Source: Rubripirellula sp. | GTDB taxonomy: Bacteria; Planctomycetota; Planctomycetia; Pirellulales; Pirellulaceae | Direction of reading: 5' to 3' | NCBI GenBank assembly: GCA_965216875.1 | Contig: OZ244207.1 | Coordinates: 3,488,001-3,552,000, forward strand | DNA length: 64,000 bases | Shown: positions 20,243 through 31,500 of the stretch, one piece after another | Position numbering within the stretch: the first letter of the stretch is position 1 | How the letters are laid out: each line of letters begins with the position of its first letter | The notes under the pieces: generated by a model | The model's database searches: none | Seen by the model: only the letters and a program-made list of their open reading frames with translations | Told to the model about the DNA's origin: nothing | Translations under genes and position numbers: made by a program

Positions 20243-20608
20243 ATGACGAATTCCCAGCGATTGGCTACCGTCCGACAGCGACTGATTCAGTGGCTCGCAG
20301 ACAATACCGACATCGACGGCGCGACCGACAGCCAATCCAAAGCGAGACCCATCCAATCGGAATCGATTCTGATTCGTGATGAATTCTACTGTGGACGCCG
20401 ATTCAACATGGGCTCGCACCGTGCGGTCTGGTTTATCGAAGAAGACGAACTGAAGGTCTACGACGAATCGGGCCAGCTGCTTGAAGTGATTTCGAGCCAA
20501 GAAATCGATGAGCCATCCGAAAAACCGGATGTCATCCGAATGCCAACGGCCGAAGAGCGAACGCAGCAAAGTAGCGATGACGACGGCGAAATCCGTCGCG
20601 CCGCCTAA
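20243..20608 (+). CDS. Hypothetical protein
   Basis: ESILIRDEFYCGRRF...AVWFIEEDELK; ends in RRAA. Confidence 0.7.
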   Translation: MTNSQRLATVRQRLIQWLADNTDIDGATDSQSKARPIQSESILIRDEFYCGRRFNMGSHRAVWFIEEDELKVYDESGQLLEVISSQEIDEPSEKPDVIRMPTAEERTQQSSDDDGEIRRAA

Positions 20609-20782
20609 ACACGCGTGTCATTCACTCCGTTTTGAGCCTCGTTTGGGGCCGGCCCCTGTGCGGCTGGACCTTTTTGGCCGACCTTCGCTTGCCTCTGGTT
20701 GTCATTGGCATGCATGATGGTGTCGAACTTGCGGCGGCGACCGCAAGCCGACAAACCACCCAGTCCGCTGGACAGAAGGTCT

Positions 20783-22393
20783 ATGCCGAAATTCCTTGAC
20801 TACATCGTCGACGCCGTGCGCAGTCCGCGCGAACAACTTTCGCGCGGGCAACACTTTGTGCGTTACTGCTGGGACCTGTGCATCCATTGCTACAGGCAAC
20901 TGGCACGGCATCGCGCCGAGGGCATGGCAGCCGAACTGACCTACCGGACGATCTTTTCTCTGATTCCCGTGGTCGTCCTTGGCCTGGTGATGTTTCGCGT
21001 CGTCGGTGGCCTTGAAGATGTTCAGGCCAAAGTCGAAAACCAGATCTTTGCCTTCTTTGGCATTCCCGAAGAGCTTCCCGAAGAATACTTCGTCGAGGAA
21101 ACTGAAGGCGAACCCAACTCAGCCAACGCCGATTTGGAACCCCGCGAACCTGACCCTCAAAGCGAGGACGAGAGCGACCAACAGGATTCCGCGAGCGCCG
21201 ACGAAGCCCAACTGGCCGGCCCCTCCAATGCCAACGGCCCCTCTAATGCCAACGGCGAAGCAAGTACGACGGACGGCAATGCCGACGATCCAGACAACGA
21301 TCAAACCGCCAATCAGTCGGAAACCTCTGAGGCTGCATCCGAAAACGGCGATGCTGCGATCGTTGCCGCCGCCAATGAAACGTTATCGAACATTCGCCAA
21401 ACCCTTTCCGATATCGCGTCCAAGGTCGCGTCGATCGATTTTGCGTCCATCGGCGTCTTTGGCTTGCTGTTGTTTTTGTACGCTGCCGTTGCGTTGGCCG
21501 ATTCGACCGAACACCTTTTCAATCGAATCTACGAAGCTCCCACGCAGCGACCGATTCACATTCGCATCGCGATTCATTGGTCAATCATTACCCTCGGCAG
21601 CGCTCTGTTGGCGATGAGCCTTTACATGTCTGGCCAGGTGGTGGACTGGTTCGGATCGATCGTCGAGGCGACCTATTTCCGTTGGGGGCTCAGCCACCTT
21701 GCCGCGATCCTTGCCAGCTGGGTGTTGCTGTTCTTGCTCTACGCATTGATGCCCAACACGCATGTGTCAGTCAAAGCAGCCGCGATTGGTGCCTTGGTGA
21801 GCGCGTTGCTTTGGGAGGCGGCAAAATTCGGGTTTCAAGTCTATGTGGCCAAAGCAGTTCCCTATTCTGCGGTTTATGGCTCGATTGGGCTGATCCCATT
21901 GTTCCTTTTTTGGGTCTATATCACGTGGTTGATCGTTCTGTTCGGCTTGATCCTGACGTACACGCTGCAAACGCTCAAAGGCAGTCGCGTGGTTCGCAGC
22001 GACGAAACGGGTCGATCACTGACAGGTGACCCCGATTGGATGTTGCCCATCATGAGCGAAGTGGCGCGTGCGTTTTCCGAAGGCGACGCGATCGACAACC
22101 AAGACTTGGCCGATCGCTTGGGACTGACGAGTCGTGCAACGCTCGAAATGGTTGGCAAGTTGATCAAAGCCGATCTGCTTCGACGGGTCTCTGCCGGCGC
22201 GGCGGACGATGCAGGCCTTACACTCGCAAAACCGGCCGAGAAGATCGAGGTCGCCGACATCCTGGCCCTCGCTCACCGCACGCGACGAACTGGCGACCAC
22301 CCCGCTTGGAAAGCACTCGAGAAACTCAAGAAAGCAGAACGCGAAGCGGCTGGCAAAATGACCCTTGCCGACATCACCTTTGAACAAGAGTAA
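20783..22393 (+). CDS. YihY/BrkB family membrane protein with an Rrf2-like wHTH C-terminus
   Basis: AAELTYRTIFSLIP, FNRIY, LYALMPN, YSAVYGS..IPLFLFWVY; C-terminal LAKPAEKI.VADI. Confidence 0.88.
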   Translation: MPKFLDYIVDAVRSPREQLSRGQHFVRYCWDLCIHCYRQLARHRAEGMAAELTYRTIFSLIPVVVLGLVMFRVVGGLEDVQAKVENQIFAFFGIPEELPEEYFVEETEGEPNSANADLEPREPDPQSEDESDQQDSASADEAQLAGPSNANGPSNANGEASTTDGNADDPDNDQTANQSETSEAASENGDAAIVAAANETLSNIRQTLSDIASKVASIDFASIGVFGLLLFLYAAVALADSTEHLFNRIYEAPTQRPIHIRIAIHWSIITLGSALLAMSLYMSGQVVDWFGSIVEATYFRWGLSHLAAILASWVLLFLLYALMPNTHVSVKAAAIGALVSALLWEAAKFGFQVYVAKAVPYSAVYGSIGLIPLFLFWVYITWLIVLFGLILTYTLQTLKGSRVVRSDETGRSLTGDPDWMLPIMSEVARAFSEGDAIDNQDLADRLGLTSRATLEMVGKLIKADLLRRVSAGAADDAGLTLAKPAEKIEVADILALAHRTRRTGDHPAWKALEKLKKAEREAAGKMTLADITFEQE

Positions 22394-22401
22394 CCCATTC
22401 C

Positions 22402-23085
22402 ATGTTTGACCTTCAGCACACGACAGCTTTGGCGATCGGCGTGCTTGATGGCGACGCGATGTCACACAAGATTCTGGCAGACCTGCTCGAGGAGATGGGG
22501 GATCGCCAGAATGCGGAATTCGCTCGGAGCGACAAAAAGAAACCGCGTAAGCGTTTGGACTTGGCCCTGGGACTGCTCCCGATGTTCGATTCGCTGCGGC
22601 TGTCATGCGACTTTTGCGAGCACGCTCAAAGCAGCAATCCCGCTCTCTTTGAGCGACTTGACGACCTCGTTGGCGATGTGATCCCGGCAGTCCGCCAGTG
22701 GTGTGATGCCCCCGAAAACACGCTTGCGATCCGGTGTGAACTCACGCGCGAACAACTCCAGCGGTTTCGAAACCGTCGCATGCCCCTGCGTCCCATGTCG
22801 CGAGATCAAGATCGCCGCAACATGGTCGCCAAACACTTTGAACTGCTGATCGACAACTACGAAGCGGTTCACGCAACGCTGGAAAAACGTCAAAAGGATG
22901 AGCTCGAAGAACGAGCACCGAGTCGACGTTGCGTTGACTACACACGGCGAATCGGCGACTCCGCTCGAACCATCGTTTCCCAACGCGGTCGCTACGCTTA
23001 TCGTGATCGCAACGCGTGGCGACTTGAACTCGAATGGCAGATCGATCGCACGCGCGAGCTACTCGAAGGAATCTCGAACGCCTGA
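22402..23085 (+). CDS. Hypothetical protein (N-terminal ILADLLEE.GD motif)
   Basis: 227 aa ORF 8 nt downstream of the YihY gene. Confidence 0.7.
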   Translation: MFDLQHTTALAIGVLDGDAMSHKILADLLEEMGDRQNAEFARSDKKKPRKRLDLALGLLPMFDSLRLSCDFCEHAQSSNPALFERLDDLVGDVIPAVRQWCDAPENTLAIRCELTREQLQRFRNRRMPLRPMSRDQDRRNMVAKHFELLIDNYEAVHATLEKRQKDELEERAPSRRCVDYTRRIGDSARTIVSQRGRYAYRDRNAWRLELEWQIDRTRELLEGISNA

Positions 23086-23134
23086 AGAGAGCGCATGCAG
23101 TGAACTCCTGCAGAGCTTGACGCCAATGGAGCGT

Positions 23135-24493
23135 CTATCGACTCTTCAGCTTCAAACACAATACGTGTTTGGTGCCGCGAACCAGGAGTTTGTCGCCAAC
23201 AACAATCGGCGCTGCCCAACAGGGATAGACCAAGCCGGGACGCTCTCCCGCCCCATCTTCCAACGCCCATTCGGCAACAATCTCCATCTCTTTCGAATTC
23301 GGTTTCATCACTTGCAACGGTCCGTCTTCTTCAAAGACCAGCAAGTGATCGCCAACTCGAGTGACCGAAGACCGCGTCCGACGGCGGTCCACCCATTGCA
23401 CTTCGCCTGTTGCAAAGTCGATACAGCGAAAGTCGCTGTCCGACGCATTGCGGCCGCTGCAGCCATAAAGAAAGCCGTCGACGACGACAGGTGTCGCCCA
23501 ATGCGCTCGCAACGCTTGTTCGCGGCGCCGCTTGGGCGGATCTTTCCAAACTTCTTTGACTTGTGTTGATGACACCTCCAACAACACGCTGCCCATTTCG
23601 TAGCATTCGCTAATCAACACTCGGTTGCCAACCACAACAGGAACCATTGCGTTAACACTCTCGTTGATCTTCGCACGGTGATAGTACGACCACTTCACCT
23701 CGCCCGCTTCGGGATCAACCAACAACAAGTGATCACGTGCAAAGACAAGCACAAAGGTCTTGCCGTCCAATTCAATCGGCCGGGGACTGCTGTAACTCGC
23801 TAGGTCATCGCCACAGCGCCAAACTTCCTTGCCCGTCATGCGGTCAAAGGCGACCACGGCCGATCCGTTAGGCGAGACGCGATTGAGTCTCATCGGCGCA
23901 ACCTCTTGGTCCTCGATCGGACTTCCGCCAATCATCGTGATGAGCCGATCGCCCAAGATGAGAGGTGATGATCCAACGCCAAAGAAGTTTTGGACGACGC
24001 CATACTTTTTGTTGGTTTCAACCGACCAATACTCTTGGCCGTCGTCGGTATTGCGACAGGCCAACCGCCCGGTCACGCCCATGCAGTAGAGCCGATCGCC
24101 GACAATCGTCGCGCTGCTCCGAGGTCCGTCTTCGTACCCAAGCAGGTCGGAGTAAACGATCTGATCGGATTTCGCCCAGACCGTTTTGCCCGTTTCCAAA
24201 TCAATGCCGCGCATCCGCTCGGACATCTCATAGTCGCCAGACTTTTCTGCATCAAAGTGAAAGTACTTGCCGCCTGCGACCGAGCCGATCCCGTAACCAT
24301 CACCCACTTCGAGGGACCAAACCAACTCGGGCTCGGCGGTCCAATCAAAGTCCCCCGCTTTTGCAACGCCATCAAAGGTATGCCCAAGGAACCGCGGCCA
24401 CGAATCCGAATGGGGTTCAGCCGCCTCTGACAACACGCTTGTGTTTGCAGCGCCAACAAAGATCGCGACCGCGACCAACAAAATGAATCTCAT
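23135..24493 (-). CDS. PQQ-like/BamB-type beta-propeller protein
   Basis: Signal peptide, WPRFLG, repeated D..TG...W motifs, SYSSP, WAAP. Confidence 0.88.
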   Translation of the reverse strand: MRFILLVAVAIFVGAANTSVLSEAAEPHSDSWPRFLGHTFDGVAKAGDFDWTAEPELVWSLEVGDGYGIGSVAGGKYFHFDAEKSGDYEMSERMRGIDLETGKTVWAKSDQIVYSDLLGYEDGPRSSATIVGDRLYCMGVTGRLACRNTDDGQEYWSVETNKKYGVVQNFFGVGSSPLILGDRLITMIGGSPIEDQEVAPMRLNRVSPNGSAVVAFDRMTGKEVWRCGDDLASYSSPRPIELDGKTFVLVFARDHLLLVDPEAGEVKWSYYHRAKINESVNAMVPVVVGNRVLISECYEMGSVLLEVSSTQVKEVWKDPPKRRREQALRAHWATPVVVDGFLYGCSGRNASDSDFRCIDFATGEVQWVDRRRTRSSVTRVGDHLLVFEEDGPLQVMKPNSKEMEIVAEWALEDGAGERPGLVYPCWAAPIVVGDKLLVRGTKHVLCLKLKSR

Positions 24494-24498
24494 CCCTG

Positions 24499-27400
24499 CT
24501 ATTTCAACTCATGAATCGTGTTGTGAATTCGTCGTTCGATGGTGCGCCCATCCGGTGATTCGACAAAACAGCGAATCTCCATTCCCCACGTTGGCTCGAG
24601 CTCGGGAATCGAAAGCGAAACGACTTTGCCATCGCGAGACAGCTTTGCTTCGGTGACTTTCCAATTCCGCTCGTTGTAGTGTTTCGATCCGTAACTCTTG
24701 TTCCGTTTCAAATCCCAAGCCGTGATGTGATAGTTTTCTGGCTTGGTTGCCGAGTCGGCGAGTGCGTCGGTGAAAGTGATTTTGACGTTCCCCGTCGAAG
24801 CCTCAAGCCCCACCGGCAGGTGCATTGGCTTGCCGGTTGCCCGAATACGATAGAAACCACCCGGTTGCTGTTGGTTACCTGCCCAGGCAAACATCCCGCA
24901 GGTGTAAAGATGCCCGTTGGTTGGATGAAAACGTCCGCGAATCAAGCCGGTTGGAAATTGTGGCAATGGAAGTTCGCACATTCCACCCTGCACACGATCA
25001 CCCACATGCTCGTGCGGAACAACAAAAACCTTTCCGTAGCCGTAGGACAAATTGAGCAGCGATTCTCCGAGCGGTCCCCAGCACCCCTTCGGCACCCAAA
25101 GCAACTCGGCGGGCGAACGGTCAAATTGATTGGTGATCCAACAGAGCGGCGGGTCCATCGCTTCGTCTGAGGAATCGGTCACGTCGTGATAGCCATACAT
25201 GTTGCCGTAGAAGCCACCTTCGCGAACCCAGTTGATACGGTTCTTTGGATTCCAGTGTCCTTCTTGGTCGGTCACGATGAACGTCCCGTCGGGATTCAGA
25301 CACACGCCGTTGGCTGCTCGAAAACCATTGGCAACGATATCGGTTCGCGAACCATCTTTGCTAACCCGAAGGAGCGTTCCGTGATGGGGAACAACGGCCG
25401 TCAACGCGTGCCGAGCCGACTTGGCGTAATAAAAATTGCCGTCGTCGTCCGTTTGCAGCCCCATCGCAAACTCGTGAAAGTGATCGGTCACTTGATGATC
25501 GCTGTTGAACGCTTCGTAATGATCCGTTTCGCCATCGCCGTTAACGTCATGAAGGATCACGATTTGATCGCGACAGGTCACGTAGATTTGGCCGTCGACG
25601 ATGCGGACGCCAAGGGGCTGAAACAACCCCGTCGCAATGCGTTGCCACGACAGCGATCCATCGAGGTTGTTGATTCCCGTCACCTTCCATACGTCGCCGT
25701 CCCAAGCACACACGGCAGCCGAATCGCCATCGGCAAAGAAATCGAAACCGGTCAAACGCACCTGTGCCAGCCACGGATTCGTTTCGGGACGCGTCAAAAC
25801 GTCGACGGCAAAAGGACCATCACCCTCACCAACGATCGGCTCGGTCAAGACGAGTTGCTTGGTTCGCGCGGGCGAACCTGCTTGCCAATCAGATGTGATC
25901 GCTGGACGTGCAAGGTGACTGACAAGTTCGTCGGTCTCGCTCGCTTGCTCGGGTGAATCGGCCGAAGCGAACCAAAGCGTCATCGCCAATGGCTGGTCGC
26001 CCGCGGGAAGGGTCGCTCGCAACGTGTCGTCCACCACTTCGAAAGTGAAGCCTTCAATGGGTTCTCGCAATCCGGCGACGAAGTAACTTGCCGAGTGGCT
26101 GACGGCTCCGGCGTCCCGTCGCACTTGGGCATGATCGCGATCCGCAGCTTGATTGAGCACGGTTCCCGTAGCACCGCGAAGGTCATAGTGTGCGACCGGA
26201 CGGAGATCTCCACCAAGATCCGCAGCACCAAGTTTCTTTGAATAGAAACGGACGTACTCGATGTCGCCCTGGAAATGCGACTGCGGTCCTGGGAAATCAG
26301 GAGCGCCAAATCCGAGCCGAACGACCTGAGAAGTTTGCTTGGACTTCGGTCGCAACCGACCACGTCCCGCAGGCTTGCCGTCCACAAACAGCCTCACTTC
26401 CGATGATTCGTGGTCCCAACTCATGGCAACATCATGCCACTTGCCGTCATTCACACGCACACTCGATTGAACGGCTCCGACCCAACCGATGTCGTAAACC
26501 AGCCGGCCGCCACGCACAAAAAAGACCTTCCCATCGGGCTGCCATCGATCGCCCTCGGCAGCTTTGGCAAAAATGCTGCCCCCTTTCTTTGTCTTGATAC
26601 GGGCGGTGATCGTGAAGTCCTTGCCCGTCATGTCAAACGAATCACCATCGTCGATTTGCGCATGGGTTCCACCATCAAAAACGAGTTTGGCATCCTTTGG
26701 TTCCTCGATCGTGTCCGGACCCAGCAGATGACTGCCGGAATCGAAACGGCGCAGGTGGCGCGAGCCCTCGGCGAGCGTCGCAACCTGGACCGTCATCGCT
26801 TGCCGTCGCGGTCCAACGTGAATCTGACGCGCAAAGACGGGCGTCGGCGACTCGGACAACAGCAGCGGGATTTCGGAAACCGATGTTTCACCAACCCGAT
26901 AGTCGATGACCGTTTGATCGTTGTGTTGCCACACGCCTTGATATTGCCCCCAGCTGCGAGGCAGCGGCCCGTAGCGTCGATCGTCACGACCGACCAAACG
27001 CACATCCTCGAAACCACCACCATCCGGGTCGGCCCAACCGGGACCGGTTTTGTTTTCGGCATGGACTTGGCCAGCGACGCGGGGGTGAATGTTGTGTTGG
27101 CCGTTAAAATGGATCCCTTTCCAATCGATAAAGCGGTCACCGCTCCACGCCGCCGCCATTCGCAACGTGTCGTGGTCAAAGATCATCCAATGGCGACCGC
27201 GTGACACCCCGCCGGGGCCCGCATCAAGACGAACGGCGATTCCCTTGTAGGCAAAATTCGAACCATCGTTGCCAATTTCGTAGGTGTTGATCAACGACCG
27301 TCCGTAGTCCATCGTCACCCACTTCTCGAGGTTCTGCGGACTCGGCCCACGCGACGTTCCCTTTGGTAAACCGGCCAGCCAATCGCTGCTGACAGCGTGG

Positions 27401-28389
27401 TACTGCGAAGGGTTGTTCTTTTTCAGATAGGCTTCGCGGATGTAGTGAATGACATCGTATTTCTGTTGCGGCACCATCCACGACTGAGGCTGCATCATCC
27501 CAAAGCCGCGTGTGAGCGTTTGGTACATCGTGAACGGGTCTGATCCGTTCTTGAATTTCCCTGATGCAAACTTCAACGATGTCGGCAGCGAACCCGGTTT
27601 GTCATGCGTGCCATGACAATTCACACACATCCGTGTGTAGATCGCTTCGCCTCGTTTGAAGTTGTCTCGACCAAGGTCCGAGATCATGCCGGCATGATCA
27701 ATCGTCTTTTCGTATTCCGGAATCGGACGCGCTGCGTACAGGTGAGCTGGTGGCTTCAAGTTCCGTGCAGTGATCGGCCCACCGTCTCGAATCTCGATCA
27801 AGTAGCGAACCAGATCCAAAAATTGCTGACGGCTGGAAAGCTGATTCACCAATGCGACCGGCATCAGCGAGTTTTTGTTTTGCCGAACGGCATCAAGCGT
27901 CTCGACGTCGAACGTCTCGGTACGCCCCGGACGCGACGGATCACGCAGCACAATTTCATCGTCGGTACGTTTGACGATCAAGCCAACAAAGGTGTCGCCA
28001 TCTTCGGTCAAGACCGACAGTGAATCGAACCCTTTGCGAATCTCTTTGGACGGTCGCAAGATCGCATCGACCAATTGAGCGTCGGTCGGCTTGGTTTGGT
28101 CCCATCGCGAAAGGTCTGGACCGAGTTGCAGGGTCGCGTCATCGGCATCATGACATTGGCGGCATGACATGTAGGGCTGATGAAAAACGATCGCGCCCCG
28201 TTTCGCATCGCCTGTCGTCGCCGCATCAATCGCTAGGCTCCCGGCCGATTCGGCTAGCAATTGATCTTCGAGAGTCTGGCCCTTCGAAGATTCAATCTGT
28301 TGGGATTGGGCCTTAGGCTGGGTCTGAAGAGCAGCAACAAAGCACAGGGTTACCAGGACGCTGGTCCAGTGACATGACGGTCGAATCAT
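24499..28389 (-). CDS. Large PVC-type multidomain protein: two c-type cytochromes, LamG domain and beta-propeller (DUF6797-like)
   Basis: CRQCH..LGPDLS and CVNCH heme motifs; VNDGKWHDV LamG motif; HEFAMGL/GFRAANG propeller. Confidence 0.85.
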   Translation of the reverse strand: MIRPSCHWTSVLVTLCFVAALQTQPKAQSQQIESSKGQTLEDQLLAESAGSLAIDAATTGDAKRGAIVFHQPYMSCRQCHDADDATLQLGPDLSRWDQTKPTDAQLVDAILRPSKEIRKGFDSLSVLTEDGDTFVGLIVKRTDDEIVLRDPSRPGRTETFDVETLDAVRQNKNSLMPVALVNQLSSRQQFLDLVRYLIEIRDGGPITARNLKPPAHLYAARPIPEYEKTIDHAGMISDLGRDNFKRGEAIYTRMCVNCHGTHDKPGSLPTSLKFASGKFKNGSDPFTMYQTLTRGFGMMQPQSWMVPQQKYDVIHYIREAYLKKNNPSQYHAVSSDWLAGLPKGTSRGPSPQNLEKWVTMDYGRSLINTYEIGNDGSNFAYKGIAVRLDAGPGGVSRGRHWMIFDHDTLRMAAAWSGDRFIDWKGIHFNGQHNIHPRVAGQVHAENKTGPGWADPDGGGFEDVRLVGRDDRRYGPLPRSWGQYQGVWQHNDQTVIDYRVGETSVSEIPLLLSESPTPVFARQIHVGPRRQAMTVQVATLAEGSRHLRRFDSGSHLLGPDTIEEPKDAKLVFDGGTHAQIDDGDSFDMTGKDFTITARIKTKKGGSIFAKAAEGDRWQPDGKVFFVRGGRLVYDIGWVGAVQSSVRVNDGKWHDVAMSWDHESSEVRLFVDGKPAGRGRLRPKSKQTSQVVRLGFGAPDFPGPQSHFQGDIEYVRFYSKKLGAADLGGDLRPVAHYDLRGATGTVLNQAADRDHAQVRRDAGAVSHSASYFVAGLREPIEGFTFEVVDDTLRATLPAGDQPLAMTLWFASADSPEQASETDELVSHLARPAITSDWQAGSPARTKQLVLTEPIVGEGDGPFAVDVLTRPETNPWLAQVRLTGFDFFADGDSAAVCAWDGDVWKVTGINNLDGSLSWQRIATGLFQPLGVRIVDGQIYVTCRDQIVILHDVNGDGETDHYEAFNSDHQVTDHFHEFAMGLQTDDDGNFYYAKSARHALTAVVPHHGTLLRVSKDGSRTDIVANGFRAANGVCLNPDGTFIVTDQEGHWNPKNRINWVREGGFYGNMYGYHDVTDSSDEAMDPPLCWITNQFDRSPAELLWVPKGCWGPLGESLLNLSYGYGKVFVVPHEHVGDRVQGGMCELPLPQFPTGLIRGRFHPTNGHLYTCGMFAWAGNQQQPGGFYRIRATGKPMHLPVGLEASTGNVKITFTDALADSATKPENYHITAWDLKRNKSYGSKHYNERNWKVTEAKLSRDGKVVSLSIPELEPTWGMEIRCFVESPDGRTIERRIHNTIHELK

Positions 28390-28580
28390 CGTGACGCTTG
28401 TCGAAGGGGGGAGGGCAGAGTGGTGGGATGCCTCCAGATTCTACAACGTCGCATAGTCGATTTCAGGCATGAAAACTTCTTTGATCATTCCTGCTACAAT
28501 GGCTATTCCTCTCCCCCTCCTATCTCCCCACCTATTGTTGGTCGACTCCGCTCTTGGCCGACAGCAGCCTTCGCAAAGCC

Positions 28581-31500
28581 ATGATGCACCGAAACCGTTT
28601 GCGTTGTCCGTACGTCCTCATCGTGTTCATTGCCCTTTCGTCAGTCGCGACACCAGACGCCGAGGCAGCCGAGAAGAAAAACATCTTGATGATGGCGGGC
28701 AAACCGTCACATCGCTACGGCGCCCACGAACACTACGCCGGCCTCAAGATTCTTGAGGAGGCGATCAACGCAAGCAGTGAACAAGTCGACGTGAAGGTCG
28801 TTCGCGAGTGGCCCAATGACGACTCCTTGGTCGAACAGGCCGACACGATCGTCATCTACTGCGACGGCGGCGGACGTCACCTCGCGATGAATCATCGCGA
28901 CCGGTTGAAAGAGAAACTGGCTGAAGGCTGCGGTCTGGTGTGCATCCACTACGCCGTCGAAATGGTTCCGGGCCAACCGGGTGACGACTGGGTCGAGATG
29001 CTTGGCGGCCACTTCGAAGTCAACTGGAGCGTCAACCCACACTGGGTCGCCGAATTCGAGACGCTTCCCGAACATCCGATCAGCAACGGCGTCAAACCGT
29101 TTGCGACCGATGACGAATGGTACTTTCACATGCGGTTTAGCGAACAGGGAAAGGTCACGCCGATCCTTGCCGCGGTCGCTCCCGAGCACACGATGTCCCG
29201 CAAGGACGGTGCCCACAGCGGCAACCCTCACGTTCGCAAAAGCGTTGCCCGTGGTGATGCACAAGTCGTTGCCTGGGCGTACGACCGCAAAGATGGTGGG
29301 CGTTCCTTCGGTTTCACCGGTGGACACAACCATTGGAATTGGGGACACGACGACATGCGGCGTCTGGTCGCCAATGCGATTCGCTGGACCGCGGGTGAGG
29401 ACATCGAGCCCAACGGTTCGTCACTTGGCAAACGCGAGGTTGGCGTCAAAGAACTGCTTGAAAACCAAGACTACGATCGCCCCAACAACTTTGACCTCGA
29501 CGGAACGATCAAGAAATTCAAGCTCAAAGGCGCGGCGCCCGCGGAACCTGCCAGCAATGCCAAAGCCCCAAGCAATGCCAAGGCCCGTCGATTGCATGCC
29601 ACTGGCATCGTGACCGCCCAAACCAAAGGCCACCGCGAAGCTCTCGAAGTCTCCATCAAAGGTGTGAAGGATCTTTTTCTAGTCGCGACCGATGGCGGCA
29701 ACGGATATGCGTGCGACTGGTGCACTTGGGTCGATCCGGTGATCTCAGGCCCCGCAGGGGAAAAGTCACTCGTTGACCTCGGTTGGAAATCGGCATCCTC
29801 GGACTACGGGCGAGTCAACAAGAACGCAAACTGCTCGGGCAAACCTTGCTCGATTGACGGACAAGTTGTCAACGACAAGTGCATTGGCGCACACGCCAAC
29901 AGCGTGATCCGATTCGAAATCCCGCGCGGCTACAACAAACTGCGTGTCACCGGCGCACTCGACAGTGGTGGAACGAGCCAATCGGGATGCGGCCAAGATG
30001 CCAGCGTTCAATTCCTCGTGTATGCCGATGCGTCACCTAAAATTGGCCGAAACGCGGGCGCAACCGATGGCTCACAACGCGAGCCTGAGAATGCGATCGC
30101 CGGATTGGCAGTGGCCCCCGGACTCGAGGCGACTCTGTCGGCCAGCGAACCGCAACTACGAAGCCTGACGAATCTTGACATCGATGATCGAGGCCGCGTG
30201 TGGGTGTGCGATGTCATGAACTATCGCCGCAATAACGGATCGCGGCCCGAAGGCGATCGCATTCTGATTCTTGAAGACACCACCGGCGACGGCGTGATGG
30301 ACAAGGTCAAAACGTTTTACCAAGGCCGCGACATCGACTCGGCGATGGGCATCTGCGTGTTGGGCAACGAAGTGATTGTCACCGCATCACCCTACGTTTG
30401 GCGTTTCATCGACGAAGATGGTGACGACAAACCCGATCGCAAAGAAGCGATGTTCACCGAAACGGGGATGCCCCAGCACGACCACTCAGGACACTCGTTC
30501 TTGTTCGGCCCCGATGGCAAGCTGTACTGGAATGTCGGAAACACCGGCAAGCAAGTAAAAGACAAAGATGGCAACACCGTCGTCGACATTCACGGTCGTG
30601 CGGTGGTCGACAACGGCAAACCGTTTTATGGCGGCATGCCCTTTCGTTGTGACCTGGACGGTTCAAACTTCGAAGTCCTCGCACACAACTTTCGCAACAA
30701 CTGGGAAACCACGGTCGATTCATTCGGAACGCTTTGGCAAAGTGACAACGACGACGACGGCAACCGTGGTACCCGCATCAACTTTGTGATGGAACATGGC
30801 AACTACGGCTATCGCGATGAACGCACCGGCGCCGGATGGCGCGACGCGCGGATCAACATGGAGGAGGAGATCCCGCTTCGACACTGGCACTTGAATGATC
30901 CCGGCGTGATTCCCAACATCCTGCAAACAGGTGCCGGATCGCCCTCCGGGATCTGTATGTACGAAGGGCGTTTGTTGCCAAAGCGTTTCTGGGACCAAGT
31001 GATCCATTGCGACCCAGGTCCCAACGTGGTCCGTGCCTATCCGACCAAACCCGATGGTGCCGGGTATTCGGCATCGATTGACCCGCTGCTAACAGGAACG
31101 ACCGACAAGTGGTTCCGCCCCGCCGACGTTTGCGTCGCTCCCGATGGATCGTTGTTTGTGACCGATTGGTACGACCCCGGTGTCGGCGGGCACCGTCAAG
31201 GTGACACCGATCGCGGACGGTTGTTCCGCATCGCGCCTCCGGGAACGAAATACACCGTTCCCAAGTTCGACTACAGCACAGTCGACGGCGCGATCGCCGC
31301 GCTGCGAAACCCAAACCTCGCCGTACGCTACAAAGCATGGATGGCGCTACACAAAATGGGCGGACAGGCTGAAGCCGCTCTGCTGGAACTTTTCCAAGAT
31401 TCCAATCCACGGATACGAGCACGTGCCCTGTGGCTGCTCGGCAAAATCGAACGTCGAGGTGGCCACTACGTCCAACTCGCGATCAAGGACGCCGATCCAA

